A stretch of DNA of 64,000 nt from assembly GCA_900314295.1 (NCBI GenBank), contig OMUU01000107.1, positions 5,201 to 69,200 of the forward strand. The letters run 5' to 3'. How positions within the stretch are numbered: position 1 is the stretch's first letter; the number at the start of each line of letters is the position of its first letter. This document shows positions 1-9,104 of this stretch, one piece after another. This stretch comes from an uncultured Lachnospiraceae bacterium. Its GTDB lineage: Bacteria > Bacillota > Clostridia > Lachnospirales > Lachnospiraceae. The notes beneath the pieces were generated by a model, which saw only the letters and a program-made list of their open reading frames with translations, was not told the DNA's origin and did not search any database. A program made the translations under genes and the position numbers.

Positions 1-1155
1 GTCGGTTTGGGTAGCCTGGCCGCCCGCTCCGGAGTTTTCCGAAGACTGCTGACCGTCAGCGCCGGAAGCAGACTCCGAATTCGCGGAGGAAGAGGAGGAA
101 CCATTGGATGAGGCAGAATCTGTGCCTGAGGAGGTTCCCCAGGATGCAGAGGGATTCGCTTCATAATAGGTTCCGCCGCTCTGGCTGCCGTAGCTCTGAT
201 ACTGGTTGTAGTAGTAGTCGGAGGTGTTCTGACGATTGCTGATGATATCTTCCATGTTGTCGGGTGCTGTGGATCCGGAACCGCCCCTGGAGTTGGAATC
301 AGCCGCAGAGGTATCCCGATCGGTTTTGCTTACGCCGCTTGCATTCATCAGTACAACGGAGTACATGCCTGTTTCGTTGAAAAGGGACTCAAACGCCTTG
401 GCATCCCTTACGACAATTCCGGAGAGCGGGTCGCTGATCACGACGGTTCCGGAATCCAGGTCAAAACCGGTGAGAACCATGCAGTGTTCGTTTTTGTACC
501 AGGTATAGGTGTGGCCGTCGTATTCGTAGGACTGAGAGCTGATCATGGGATCGGACATATACATCGTGCCCCAGATCACGACGGGATAGCCTGCTGCGAC
601 GACCTTGCACAGGTCAGAGAGAGAGGTCCTCGAGGTGTTGATGGCGGCGATGTCCAGTTTCTTTTCCTTGATATACTTCTCGGCGGTGTTTACAATTCCT
701 CCTGCAAAAACTCCGGCGCCGCTGTCTGTGTGCGGGTCTCCCGCGTACTGATAGGCAAGGTTGTCGCCATATTCCAGATACTTATCGGCAATTTCGGTTT
801 TCTCAAGATCGCAGCCGAGGGAATTGAGAGCAATTGTCAGAGCGACGGATTCACAGCCGGTCGGAAGCTCGGGATTCTGCAAAATCTCCGGGGCATCGAG
901 CACGACCTTTTTGTCGGTGAGATCGGAAGAAAGAATGGAGTCCAGCTCCGTTTCCGCCGTGTCAACAGACCAGTTGGAGACCAGATCCGCGCTGTCGGTG
1001 GGAAGAGAAGAATCCGAGGAATCCGCAAAGGATGCTCCGGATGCAGACAGCTGCGTCTCCGAAGCAACATCAGAGGAAGAACCACAGCCGGTGAGCATCG
1101 CCGAAGCAAGAGCGGAAGCGAGAAGCATGGATAAGAATCGGTATTTGTTTTTCAT
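1..1155 (-). CDS. Secreted lipoprotein with a papain-like peptidase C39-like domain and an S/G/Y-rich tail. Partial: the 3' end lies beyond the window.
   Basis: Absent from the ORF track because it runs off the edge. My reverse-strand translation from the ATG at 1155 gives MKNKYRFLSMLLASALASAMLTGCGSS (signal peptide plus lipobox LTGC). It continues with PELPTGCESVALTIALNSLG, EHCMVLTGFD and ISDP (Cys/His/Asp of C39-like peptidases), then a low-complexity tail. The frame is open to base 1. Confidence 0.75.
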   Translation of the reverse strand, partial: MKNKYRFLSMLLASALASAMLTGCGSSSDVASETQLSASGASFADSSDSSLPTDSADLVSNWSVDTAETELDSILSSDLTDKKVVLDAPEILQNPELPTGCESVALTIALNSLGCDLEKTEIADKYLEYGDNLAYQYAGDPHTDSGAGVFAGGIVNTAEKYIKEKKLDIAAINTSRTSLSDLCKVVAAGYPVVIWGTMYMSDPMISSQSYEYDGHTYTWYKNEHCMVLTGFDLDSGTVVISDPLSGIVVRDAKAFESLFNETGMYSVVLMNASGVSKTDRDTSAADSNSRGGSGSTAPDNMEDIISNRQNTSDYYYNQYQSYGSQSGGTYYEANPSASWGTSSGTDSASSNGSSSSSANSESASGADGQQSSENSGAGGQATQTD

Positions 1156-1314
1156 AATATTTCGCCTTTTGAACCTTTATCAGTCGGTTCTGTATTAGAA
1201 GAGGTTTCGATCAGCAAAACCCGTTCTTTTCGTTCAGATGACGATAAGGATTTTAGCACAATTATGCAATAAGAAGAAGCGAAAATATCATGACTTATAC
1301 AGTTTGTGGCACAA

Positions 1315-1485
1315 TCAGAGGTTCCAGATAATGGTGAACAATACTACCAGAAATACAAGGCAGGACAGGCGCACCAGCATGGATATTCGCTTCTGTGCGG
1401 ACATTGGTTTGAAAGAAAAGAAATGGGATTTTACAATTGGTTTATTTGAAATACTTGTATTTGAAATATTGGTAAGGGTACTCAT
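1315..1485 (-). CDS. Small hypothetical membrane protein (56 aa)
   Basis: AGGAGG sits 7 nt upstream of the ATG. The product is MSTLTNISNTSISNKPIVKSHFFSFKPMSAQKRISMLVRLSCLVFLVVLFTIIWNL, with a C-terminal hydrophobic helix. It is below the 60-aa track cutoff and lies in an AT-rich spacer. No family recognised. Confidence 0.3.
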   Translation of the reverse strand: MSTLTNISNTSISNKPIVKSHFFSFKPMSAQKRISMLVRLSCLVFLVVLFTIIWNL

Positions 1486-1630
1486 AAAAACACCTCCTGC
1501 TATTTTTACAATAGTAGAAGGTGCGGGGCGGATCTATCACAGGACAGATAAATCTGCGTTAAGTGCAGGTAAAACCGGGACTACACCAGATATAAGCATA
1601 GAGCAGCATGAGAATACATAGTGCGCCCTC

Positions 1631-2065
1631 TTATCCGGGAAGCTCGGATGCGTATTTCTGATAAAGCTCGGTAAGCCGGTTATACTCGTCGGTGCTGAGA
1701 TTCTCTTTTGCGTACTGCATCAGGCCATCATAGTCCTGATTTTCGATATAGGAGCTCGCCGCGGCGATAGTGGATGGGGTCAGGTGGTTCTGGAGGATCT
1801 GCGAGGCCTCTTCCTTATCGGAATCAGAGATGGAATCCATGACCTGCCGGACGGCAGCGGAGTCTGTGCCGTTTCCGGCGGCGTCCAGAATCTGCTGCGT
1901 GACGGTGTCGGTGAGCTTTTCTGTGACCGCGTTTGCGGCGAGCTTCTGCACCTGATTTCGGTTTACGTAGAGCACAGCTGCCGCCACGAAGAGCAGCAGT
2001 AGAATCGTGAGCATGATGTTTCGTAAAATGTGAGAGCGGCGCCTGCGCCGACGGTATCTGGACAT
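1631..2065 (-). CDS. Single-pass membrane protein of unknown function
   Basis: Part of ORF 1631..2122. The internal start MSRYRRRRRRSHILRNIMLTILLLLFVAAAVLYV gives an Arg-rich cytoplasmic stub, one TM helix and a soluble acidic domain. Confidence 0.55.
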   Translation of the reverse strand: MSRYRRRRRRSHILRNIMLTILLLLFVAAAVLYVNRNQVQKLAANAVTEKLTDTVTQQILDAAGNGTDSAAVRQVMDSISDSDKEEASQILQNHLTPSTIAAASSYIENQDYDGLMQYAKENLSTDEYNRLTELYQKYASELPG

Positions 2066-2470
2066 ATTTTTTCTCTCTGTGTGGATGGGTCTGCATACAG
2101 AATATTGTTCATTGGTAAACATCAGTATAACATCAGAACAGCATCAGCGCAGCGTGTTTTATCTCGTTTACGGTTCTGACACAAAAACGCCGAAGCGACT
2201 CTGACTCACTTCGACGTCCTTTTCTTTTATGAGGGGGGAGATGTGACAGCCGGTATGTTTATCAGCTGTCTGACTTATACTTTACGGGATAAATGTGTCG
2301 AAAGTGTGGACACGGAGTAAAAGAATTCTAAAAATGACCGTGAAGCCGGAACTTTTCCGTTCGCTTCGTTTTCATTCCTCTCTTCGGCCGTATGGCCGCC
2401 GTGATTGTAGAATTTTTTGGGGGAACGAATAACTGCCACGGCATTGGGAATGCCGAATCTTGCCTGTTCC

Positions 2471-2499
2471 TTGACAACCTATATGAAATTCAGTAAAAT
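2471..2499 (+). promoter_or_regulatory. Sigma-70-type promoter candidate for the phosphohexomutase gene
   Basis: TTGACA (2471-2476), a 17-nt spacer, then TAAAAT (2494-2499). This leaves a leader of about 165 nt before the ATG at 2669. Confidence 0.45.
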
Positions 2500-2668
2500 T
2501 ATTTTGCATGAATAGCACGAAAATGTGTGCTGGTTTCGATAACGATTTGTAGGTTTTGCCGATAAAAGCAGAGAGGCTCCGGAATACAGAACGGGAATTG
2601 CCCGTGTTTTCAGGCGGCGGCCGACCCATGCAAATATCCGGAATGAGAAGGAAGAACGGAGGAATCAA

Positions 2669-4351
2669 ATGTATCAGGACGATTACAAACGCTGGTTGAA
2701 TGCGGATCTCATTGATTTTGATCTGAAGAAGGAGCTTCGTGATATTGAGGGCGACGACGAGGCGATTAAGGACCGTTTTGCGGTGAAGCTGCAGTTCGGA
2801 ACGGCAGGACTTCGCGGAACGCTCGGCGCCGGCACGAACCGGATGAACATTTGGGTAGTCAGACAGGCCACACAGGGCGTGGCGGACTGGGTGAAGACCC
2901 AGGGCGGGACGCAGACCGTGGCGATCAGCTACGACAGCCGTCTGAAGGGCTGGAATTTTGCAAGGGACGCGGCGGGCGTTCTGGCGGCAAATGGAATCAA
3001 GGTGCGCATCTACGATGAGCTGATGCCGGTTCCGGCACTGAGCTTTGCCACCAGATATTACAAGTGCAACGCCGGCATCATGGTGACGGCTTCTCACAAT
3101 CCGGCGAAGTATAACGGATACAAGGCATACGGACCGGACGGATGCCAGATGACCGATGACGCAGCCGCTGTTGTATATGATTCGATCCAGAAGACCGATG
3201 TACTCACCGGCGCAAAGTACATGTCATTTGCGGAGGGCGTCGAGAAGGGACTGATTCAGTTCGTCGGCGACGACTGCAAGGAGGCTCTGTACGCGGCGAT
3301 TGAGGAGAGACAGGTAAGACCGGGTCTTGCGAAGACGGCGGGCTTGAAGCTCGTGTATTCTCCGCTGAACGGAACCGGACTCGTACCGGTTACCCGTGTG
3401 CTGCAGGATATCGGAATTACGGATATTACGATTGTTCCGGAGCAGGAATACCCGAACGGATATTTCACAACCGCTCCGTACCCAAACCCGGAGATTTTCG
3501 AGGCGCTGAAGTACGGACTTGAGCTTGCGAAGAAGACCGGAGCAGATCTGATGCTGGCGACAGATCCCGATGCAGACCGTGTCGGCATTGCCATGAAGTG
3601 CCCGGACGGCTCCTATGAGCTGGTATCCGGAAACGAAATGGGCGTCCTTCTTCTGGATTACATCTGTGCGGGACGTATCGAGAAGGGAACCATGCCGAAG
3701 AATCCGGTAGCAGTGAAGTCGATTGTATCGACGCCGCTGGCGGACCTTGTGGCAAAGCATTATGGCGTGGAGCTGAGACATACGCTCACCGGTTTCAAGT
3801 GGATCGGCGATCAGATCGCCCAGCTGGAGGCTGACGGTGAAGTGGACCGTTTTATCTTTGGATTTGAGGAGAGCTACGGCTATCTGGCCGGCCCGTATGT
3901 GCGGGATAAGGATGCCATCATCGGATCCATGCTGATCTGCGAAATGGCGGCGTATTACAGAAGCATCGGCTCCTCCATCAAGCAGCGTCTGGAGGAGATC
4001 TACAAGGAGTACGGCCGTTACCTGAACAAGGTGGACAGCTTCGAATTCCCGGGACTTTCCGGAATGGATAAGATGGCTGGAATCATGGCGGAGCTGCGCA
4101 AGAACCCGCCGGCAGATTTCGCGGGCAGAAAGGTGGTCAGCGTCACCGATTACGAGGAACCCGAGAAGACAGGCCTTCCGAAGGCCAATGTACTGATCTA
4201 CGGTCTCGAGGACGGCGCGTCCGTGGTTGTACGTCCATCCGGAACAGAGCCGAAGATCAAGGCATACTACACGACAAAAGGAAAGGATCTTGCGGAGGCG
4301 GAGGCCGAGAAGGAAGAACTCGCGGCAGCGCTCAAGCCGATTTTCGAGTAA
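2669..4351 (+). CDS. pgcA: Alpha-D-phosphohexomutase (phosphoglucomutase/phosphomannomutase, PgcA type)
   Basis: 560 aa. Active-site loop TASHNPAKYNGYK, metal loop ATDPDADR and sugar loop GFEESYG. RBS GGAGGAA lies upstream. Confidence 0.9.
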   Translation: MYQDDYKRWLNADLIDFDLKKELRDIEGDDEAIKDRFAVKLQFGTAGLRGTLGAGTNRMNIWVVRQATQGVADWVKTQGGTQTVAISYDSRLKGWNFARDAAGVLAANGIKVRIYDELMPVPALSFATRYYKCNAGIMVTASHNPAKYNGYKAYGPDGCQMTDDAAAVVYDSIQKTDVLTGAKYMSFAEGVEKGLIQFVGDDCKEALYAAIEERQVRPGLAKTAGLKLVYSPLNGTGLVPVTRVLQDIGITDITIVPEQEYPNGYFTTAPYPNPEIFEALKYGLELAKKTGADLMLATDPDADRVGIAMKCPDGSYELVSGNEMGVLLLDYICAGRIEKGTMPKNPVAVKSIVSTPLADLVAKHYGVELRHTLTGFKWIGDQIAQLEADGEVDRFIFGFEESYGYLAGPYVRDKDAIIGSMLICEMAAYYRSIGSSIKQRLEEIYKEYGRYLNKVDSFEFPGLSGMDKMAGIMAELRKNPPADFAGRKVVSVTDYEEPEKTGLPKANVLIYGLEDGASVVVRPSGTEPKIKAYYTTKGKDLAEAEAEKEELAAALKPIFE

Positions 4352-4382
4352 TTGAAACAATAAGTCAAGAAAGTTTATCAAG

Positions 4383-4410
4383 AAAAATGCGGTCATATGA
4401 CCGCATTTTT
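4383..4410 (+). terminator. Rho-independent terminator after pgcA
   Basis: AAAAATGCGGTCA-TA-TGACCGCATTTTT is a perfect hairpin followed by a T-run. Confidence 0.75.
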
Positions 4411-4411
4411 C

Positions 4412-4440
4412 TTGACATGAGAACTTTTCTGCGCTTAAAT
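4412..4440 (+). promoter_or_regulatory. Promoter candidate for the toxin-antitoxin pair
   Basis: TTGACA (4412-4417), a 17-nt spacer, then TTAAAT (4435-4440). GGAGG and a GTG start follow at 4463. Confidence 0.5.
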
Positions 4441-4462
4441 TGAGATATACGGAGGTGACCGC

Positions 4463-4819
4463 GTGAGTAAGCAAGCTGATCAATCAGATATCGCCGCGTT
4501 TCTTGCGCGGGTGAAGAAATTAGTTTCTGCAGGAAAGTATGATTTCGTTCCGCGAAGGAAGAATATGCAATCGCTGGCGCAGCATGGGCTCACACCCATT
4601 GATGCAAAAAATGAAATTATTGGGCTTGTGGTTGGTGATTACTATAAAGGACCTAAACAAGATTTTGATCCTAAGCGCCCGGGGGATATTTGGGAATTCA
4701 AAAAGGATGTGGACGATGTACAATTTTATGTGAAGATAAAGATTGTACAGGAAAATGGTGAGGATATTGTAAAATGTCTTGGTTTCCACGAAGATGAATT
4801 CTTTCAGGAAAGGAGGTAA
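4463..4819 (+). CDS. MqsR-family type II toxin (mRNA interferase-like)
   Basis: 118 aa. It matches the E. coli MqsR pattern as I remember it: VKKLVSAGKY, IIGLVVGDYYKG, IWEF, FYVKIKI. The toxin comes first in the pair, as in mqsRA. Confidence 0.75.
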   Translation: MSKQADQSDIAAFLARVKKLVSAGKYDFVPRRKNMQSLAQHGLTPIDAKNEIIGLVVGDYYKGPKQDFDPKRPGDIWEFKKDVDDVQFYVKIKIVQENGEDIVKCLGFHEDEFFQERR

Positions 4820-4824
4820 CTTCG

Positions 4825-5829
4825 ATGAGGAGGTACTGTGATGAATGCGAAAGGGAAGTAGAAACGAAAGTGATCAGCAAGAAAGAAACATATGATGTAT
4901 GCGGAGAACCCATCGAGGTTGATGCAAGGGTATTAGTATGCGCGGAGTGTGGGGAGGAGTTTTATTCCGAGGAGTTAGACAATGCGACCCTTGTAAGTGC
5001 ATACAATGAATACCGACGAAAGCATAAGCTTCTTTTTCCTGAAGAAATTAGAAAAATCAGAGAACAATATGGGTTAAGCCAGAGAGCGTTTTCAAGATTA
5101 TTGAACTGGGGAGACAAGACCATATGCAGATATGAAAATGGTTCCATTCAGGATAAGGCGCATAACAGCTTACTGCTGTTTTTGCGCGAGCCTGAGAATA
5201 TGAGAACATATCTGACTGACAATGAAGTAGCTCTAACCGACAGACAGAAAGACAAGCTGTTGGCAGCCTTAGATCAGTTGAAACGGAATAATAAGCATAA
5301 GATGGAACGGGATTTCTTCAATGACTTTTTTACAAGAGTTCCTTGTGAAGAAAATGGATACAGAACATTTGATTATGATAAGTTCTGCGCGATGGTCGTT
5401 TTTTTTGCCCGCAAAAGCACAGAACTTCTCAAGACGAAATTAATGAAACTTTTGAACTATTCAGACATGGTTTTTTACAAAGAAAACGGAGTATCAATAT
5501 CAGGATTGCGCTATGCGCATTTGCCATATGGCCCGGTTCCAGAGAATTATGATATTCTTTTTGGCGCTATGGCAGCGGATCACATCGCTCATATCGAGAT
5601 CGTTTATGACAATGGATACGAGAAACATCAGGTCATTGCTGAAGAAGAGATGCCTAAGGATGTTCTTTCTGCGGATGAGCTGGCTGTGTTGGAACGTGTA
5701 TACAATAAATTTGCGGGATTCGGATCCGTGGATATTTCAAATTATTCGCATAATGAAAAAGGTTATGCAAAAACGAAACCAGGAGAAATTATTTCTTATT
5801 CATATGCGAAGGACATACAATTCAACTAA
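4825..5829 (+). CDS. Antitoxin: MqsA-like Zn-ribbon + XRE HTH fused to a C-terminal Panacea (DUF4065/SocA-like) domain
   Basis: 334 aa. CDEC..(25)..CAEC Zn-ribbon, then an HTH (IRKIREQYGLSQRAFSRLLNWGDKTICRYENG). The C-terminal half contains LMKLLNYSDMVFYKENGVSISGLRYAHLPYGPVPENYD, typical of DUF4065. It starts 5 nt after the toxin stop. Confidence 0.8.
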   Translation: MRRYCDECEREVETKVISKKETYDVCGEPIEVDARVLVCAECGEEFYSEELDNATLVSAYNEYRRKHKLLFPEEIRKIREQYGLSQRAFSRLLNWGDKTICRYENGSIQDKAHNSLLLFLREPENMRTYLTDNEVALTDRQKDKLLAALDQLKRNNKHKMERDFFNDFFTRVPCEENGYRTFDYDKFCAMVVFFARKSTELLKTKLMKLLNYSDMVFYKENGVSISGLRYAHLPYGPVPENYDILFGAMAADHIAHIEIVYDNGYEKHQVIAEEEMPKDVLSADELAVLERVYNKFAGFGSVDISNYSHNEKGYAKTKPGEIISYSYAKDIQFN

Positions 5830-5884
5830 GAAAAATCAATCGCTGCGATGATAGGATATCACACGTTATGCTGGTTTTATTCTG

Positions 5885-6667
5885 TTACATGCAGTCAAAG
5901 GCCTGGTTCCGAATATACACATCAAACCTCGGAAGCACGAATGAAATATTTCCGTAGCCTTCCGGCTGAATCAGCCCCTGCCGCATCAGACGGTTTCGGT
6001 AGACGCCGAATTCGGACGGCGGCATGGATATTTGCTTTCGAATGGAGGTGACGTCTCCGGTCCCGGAACGGGCAGTTGCTTCCAGGATTTTCCGCTTCAT
6101 CGGAGACTGCTCCTCCCAGATTTTGCTGTAAACATATTCCTCCATAAACATATCAAATCTCGATACGATACTCTCTGTGATTTTGCCGGAATCCTCTTCC
6201 CAGCAGAGATAACCGACCACCTGATAGGCATAGGAATACCCTTTCGTGAGAGAAGCCATCTGTCTGGCATCTTCTTCGGAATTGTGAAAGGTCGTCCGGT
6301 AGCTCTCCGTAACGGCCGACATATTCAGAGGAGAGAGGAAAATCTTCGGCGCGCGATACAGAAAGGTTAGCGTTTTCTCATTCTGCAGCTGATACAGATT
6401 GTCATATAACCCGGCCATCAGAAGGTATATTGGATATTTGTTCCGCAGAAGGAGCTGGAATTCACTCACAAATTTTCGCATAGCTGCTGAATTCGCGGCC
6501 TCGTCGATGGCAATCAGAAGCTTCCTGTCATGTGCGCGCAGAATCTCCATCATGCGTTCAATGATCGAAGCGGAAAAATGATTCACGGTATATTTGACAG
6601 GCGGCGAATGTACAGCCTGGTCAGATAGGCGTGAATAAAAAATGATTGAAGAGGACAGACGCAGAGG
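5885..6667 (-). pseudogene. 5'-truncated AAA/Arch-ATPase-like ATP-binding protein gene (Walker A region missing)
   Basis: ORF 5885..6586 begins with LLIAIDEA (Walker B) and ends in a winged-helix-like tail. The frame stays open upstream only to a TAG at 6668-6670. There is no ATG and no P-loop. Confidence 0.65.
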
Positions 6668-6751
6668 CTACAATAAAAGGGACATATGCTATGTTTTACG
6701 GCAGATCAGCAGGACGGAAGACGGGTATTACAGATACAGGAGGCGGGCTTC

Positions 6752-7546
6752 ATGAGGATTGCGCAGATTCAGTCTCACGTATATGAGGACAAGCAGAGAA
6801 ATCTGGACATGCTGGCCGGGAAGCTGGACCGGCTCGACAGCGAGGCGGTGGACCTGGTCACGGTCGGAGAGATGTTCACGACGCCCTATGAGACCTCCTG
6901 TTTTCCGAGGTACGCGGAGCCGGAAGGCGGCATGAGCTGGAGGCAGCTCTCCGATCTGGCGAGATCGCACCGGATCTACCTCTCCGCCGGCTCGATTCCG
7001 GAGGTGGACGCGGAGGGCCGCGTATACAATACGGCCTATGTATTCGACCGGGAGGGAAGACAGATCGCGAAGCACAGGAAGGCGCATCTGTTTGATATCG
7101 ATGTAGAGGGCGGACAGCGATTCCGGGAATCGGATACGCTGACGGCAGGGAAGACTGCGACTGTCTTCGAGACGGAGTTCTGCAGAATGGGCATCTGTAT
7201 CTGCTTTGACTGCAGATTTCCGGAGATGGTGCGCGAGATGGTCCTGTCCGGCGCAAAGGTGGTGCTGGTTCCGGCGTCCTTCAATATGACCACCGGTCCG
7301 GCGCACTGGGAGCTGATGTTCCGGTCGCGCGCGGTGGACAATCAGTGCTACATGATCGGGACGTCGGATGCGAGAGATCTTTCCTTTTCCTATGTGTCCT
7401 GGGGGCATTCCATAGTGGTTTCGCCGTGGGGAGATGTCGTAGCGGAGATGGACGAAAAGGAAGGCGTGCAGATCACGGATCTGGATCTGGCTCTTGTGGA
7501 CAAGGTGCGGCGGGAGCTGCCGCTGCTGCAGGCATTCAGAAAATGA
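6752..7546 (+). CDS. Carbon-nitrogen hydrolase family protein (nitrilase/omega-amidase-like)
   Basis: Starts MRIAQIQ, with AGGAGG 8 nt upstream. The Glu-Lys-Cys triad contexts are VGEMF, KHRKAHLF and ICICFDCRFPE. Confidence 0.85.
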   Translation: MRIAQIQSHVYEDKQRNLDMLAGKLDRLDSEAVDLVTVGEMFTTPYETSCFPRYAEPEGGMSWRQLSDLARSHRIYLSAGSIPEVDAEGRVYNTAYVFDREGRQIAKHRKAHLFDIDVEGGQRFRESDTLTAGKTATVFETEFCRMGICICFDCRFPEMVREMVLSGAKVVLVPASFNMTTGPAHWELMFRSRAVDNQCYMIGTSDARDLSFSYVSWGHSIVVSPWGDVVAEMDEKEGVQITDLDLALVDKVRRELPLLQAFRK

Positions 7547-7690
7547 GAGGTTTCTGAATTTGCTGTTTCTACAGAACACAGATTTCAGGACGATACAGAT
7601 ATAATATTAGGGTATATTCAAGAATACAGATAAGAATGTATCTATATAGGAAGGAATCTTATAGAATTTAAAATCAGGAAGGAATCAGAC

Positions 7691-8140
7691 ATGGATATTT
7701 CCAGTGCGGTATATATTTTTCTGGAGGACAGGAAGCGGATCGATAAGTTCGGGCCGGAGGACGGGCATCCCGCGATGGCGGGCCTGAATATCCTGCATTT
7801 TCTGCAGGAGCGGATCCGGAACGACGAGATGGAGAAGTTTGGAGAGATTGTGCGGGGCTGCCAGTTCCTCCCCTATGACGAGACACAGATGGACGCGAGA
7901 ACAGACCGGTCGAGCGATATCCTGGGACTTCTCTGGAGAAAGGGTTCGATGAAGCTGTATAACAGCGAGGACTTTGCGGATGTGGTGGACTATGTCTACA
8001 TCATCGACCTGGACAACCGTTACCTCCGGATTATCAACAACTATGAATACACCATTCCGTTCGATGAGCTGGCGGAGCTCTCGGATGACGATTATCTGGA
8101 GAGAATCGCGGCGTTTGAGGGAGACGGGGAAGAATCATGA
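7691..8140 (+). CDS. Hypothetical acidic protein (149 aa)
   Basis: Clean ORF whose stop overlaps the next start (ATGA). No family recognised. Confidence 0.6.
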   Translation: MDISSAVYIFLEDRKRIDKFGPEDGHPAMAGLNILHFLQERIRNDEMEKFGEIVRGCQFLPYDETQMDARTDRSSDILGLLWRKGSMKLYNSEDFADVVDYVYIIDLDNRYLRIINNYEYTIPFDELAELSDDDYLERIAAFEGDGEES

Positions 8141-9078
8141 TCGCAACGATAACAATGAATCCGTGCATCGACAAGACATTCACCATCCGGGGATTTGCCT
8201 ACGGAGGACTGAACCGTGTGCAGACGAAGCGGTCGGATTTCTCCGGAAAGGGCATAAACGTCTCCATCGTGCTGCACCAGCTCGGAATCCCGGTGCGGAC
8301 CTTCGGCATCAATTACACGAAGAACGGGCAGGATTTTTCGAAGGGGCTTGAGGCCCTGGGAATCCGCTATGAGGGCTTTATGGCGGAAGGATCTGTCCGG
8401 GAAAATATCAAGGTGATGAATGAGGAGGATCGTGTCACGACCGAGCTGAATCAAAAGGGTGATCGGCTTGACGAGAAGACGATCCGGGCATTCCGGGAGC
8501 AACTCCTGGTTCAGCTCTCCGACCCGGAGATTGATATGGTGGTGATCACCGGTAGCGTGCCGCAGGGAGTGCCGACCTCCTTCTACAGAGACCTGACCGC
8601 GGAATGCAAAAGGATCGGAAAAAAGGTGATTCTGGACGCGGAGGGAGAGCTTTTTCTGGAAGGAATCAAGGCCTGTCCCGATGTGATTAAGCCGAATCTC
8701 TATGAATTTGAGACGGCGTTCGGACTGGAGAGGCCGGAACGGGAGGACATCCTCCGAAAGGCGAGAGAGGTCATCGACGGAGGCGTCGGGATCATTTGCC
8801 TGTCGATGGGCGCCGAGGGAGCCCTGATTATCGATCGGGACGAGGCCTGGATCTGTCCGGCGGACAAGATTGATGTCAGAAGCACGCAGGGCGCCGGAGA
8901 TTCGATGGTTGCCGGTATGTGCCTGGCTATGGAAAAGGGACTTCCGCTATCGGAGATTCTGCGCTATGGAGTGATTGCAGCGGACGGGTCATTGATCCGG
9001 GAAGGAACGCAGCTTTGCACAAAAGAGAACTTTGAAAGGTTCCGGAAGGAAGTCCGGGTTTTCAGAGCAGAGGAATGA
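8137..9078 (+). CDS. PfkB-family sugar-phosphate kinase (1-phosphofructokinase / tagatose-6-P kinase type)
   Basis: 313 aa. N-terminus MIATITMNPCIDKT, then GKGINVS and the C-terminal GAGDSMVAG anion-hole motif. Confidence 0.85.
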   Translation: MIATITMNPCIDKTFTIRGFAYGGLNRVQTKRSDFSGKGINVSIVLHQLGIPVRTFGINYTKNGQDFSKGLEALGIRYEGFMAEGSVRENIKVMNEEDRVTTELNQKGDRLDEKTIRAFREQLLVQLSDPEIDMVVITGSVPQGVPTSFYRDLTAECKRIGKKVILDAEGELFLEGIKACPDVIKPNLYEFETAFGLERPEREDILRKAREVIDGGVGIICLSMGAEGALIIDRDEAWICPADKIDVRSTQGAGDSMVAGMCLAMEKGLPLSEILRYGVIAADGSLIREGTQLCTKENFERFRKEVRVFRAEE

Positions 9079-9104
9079 GAGATAACTGGAGGAACGAGAA
9101 TTCT

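Noticed and set aside
236-1198. Plus-strand ORFs 236..508, 484..1134 and 761..1198
   Set aside because: They overlap a much better minus-strand gene (signal peptide, lipobox, C39-like Cys/His/Asp). That gene is missing from the track only because it runs off the window.
1238-1621. 127-aa plus-strand ORF
   Set aside because: No RBS and an AT-rich composition artefact. The opposite strand has a short ORF with a consensus RBS, which I reported at low confidence.
3224-4483. 419-aa minus-strand ORF
   Set aside because: Antisense shadow of the phosphohexomutase gene. It has no motifs or RBS, and it runs across the pgcA terminator.
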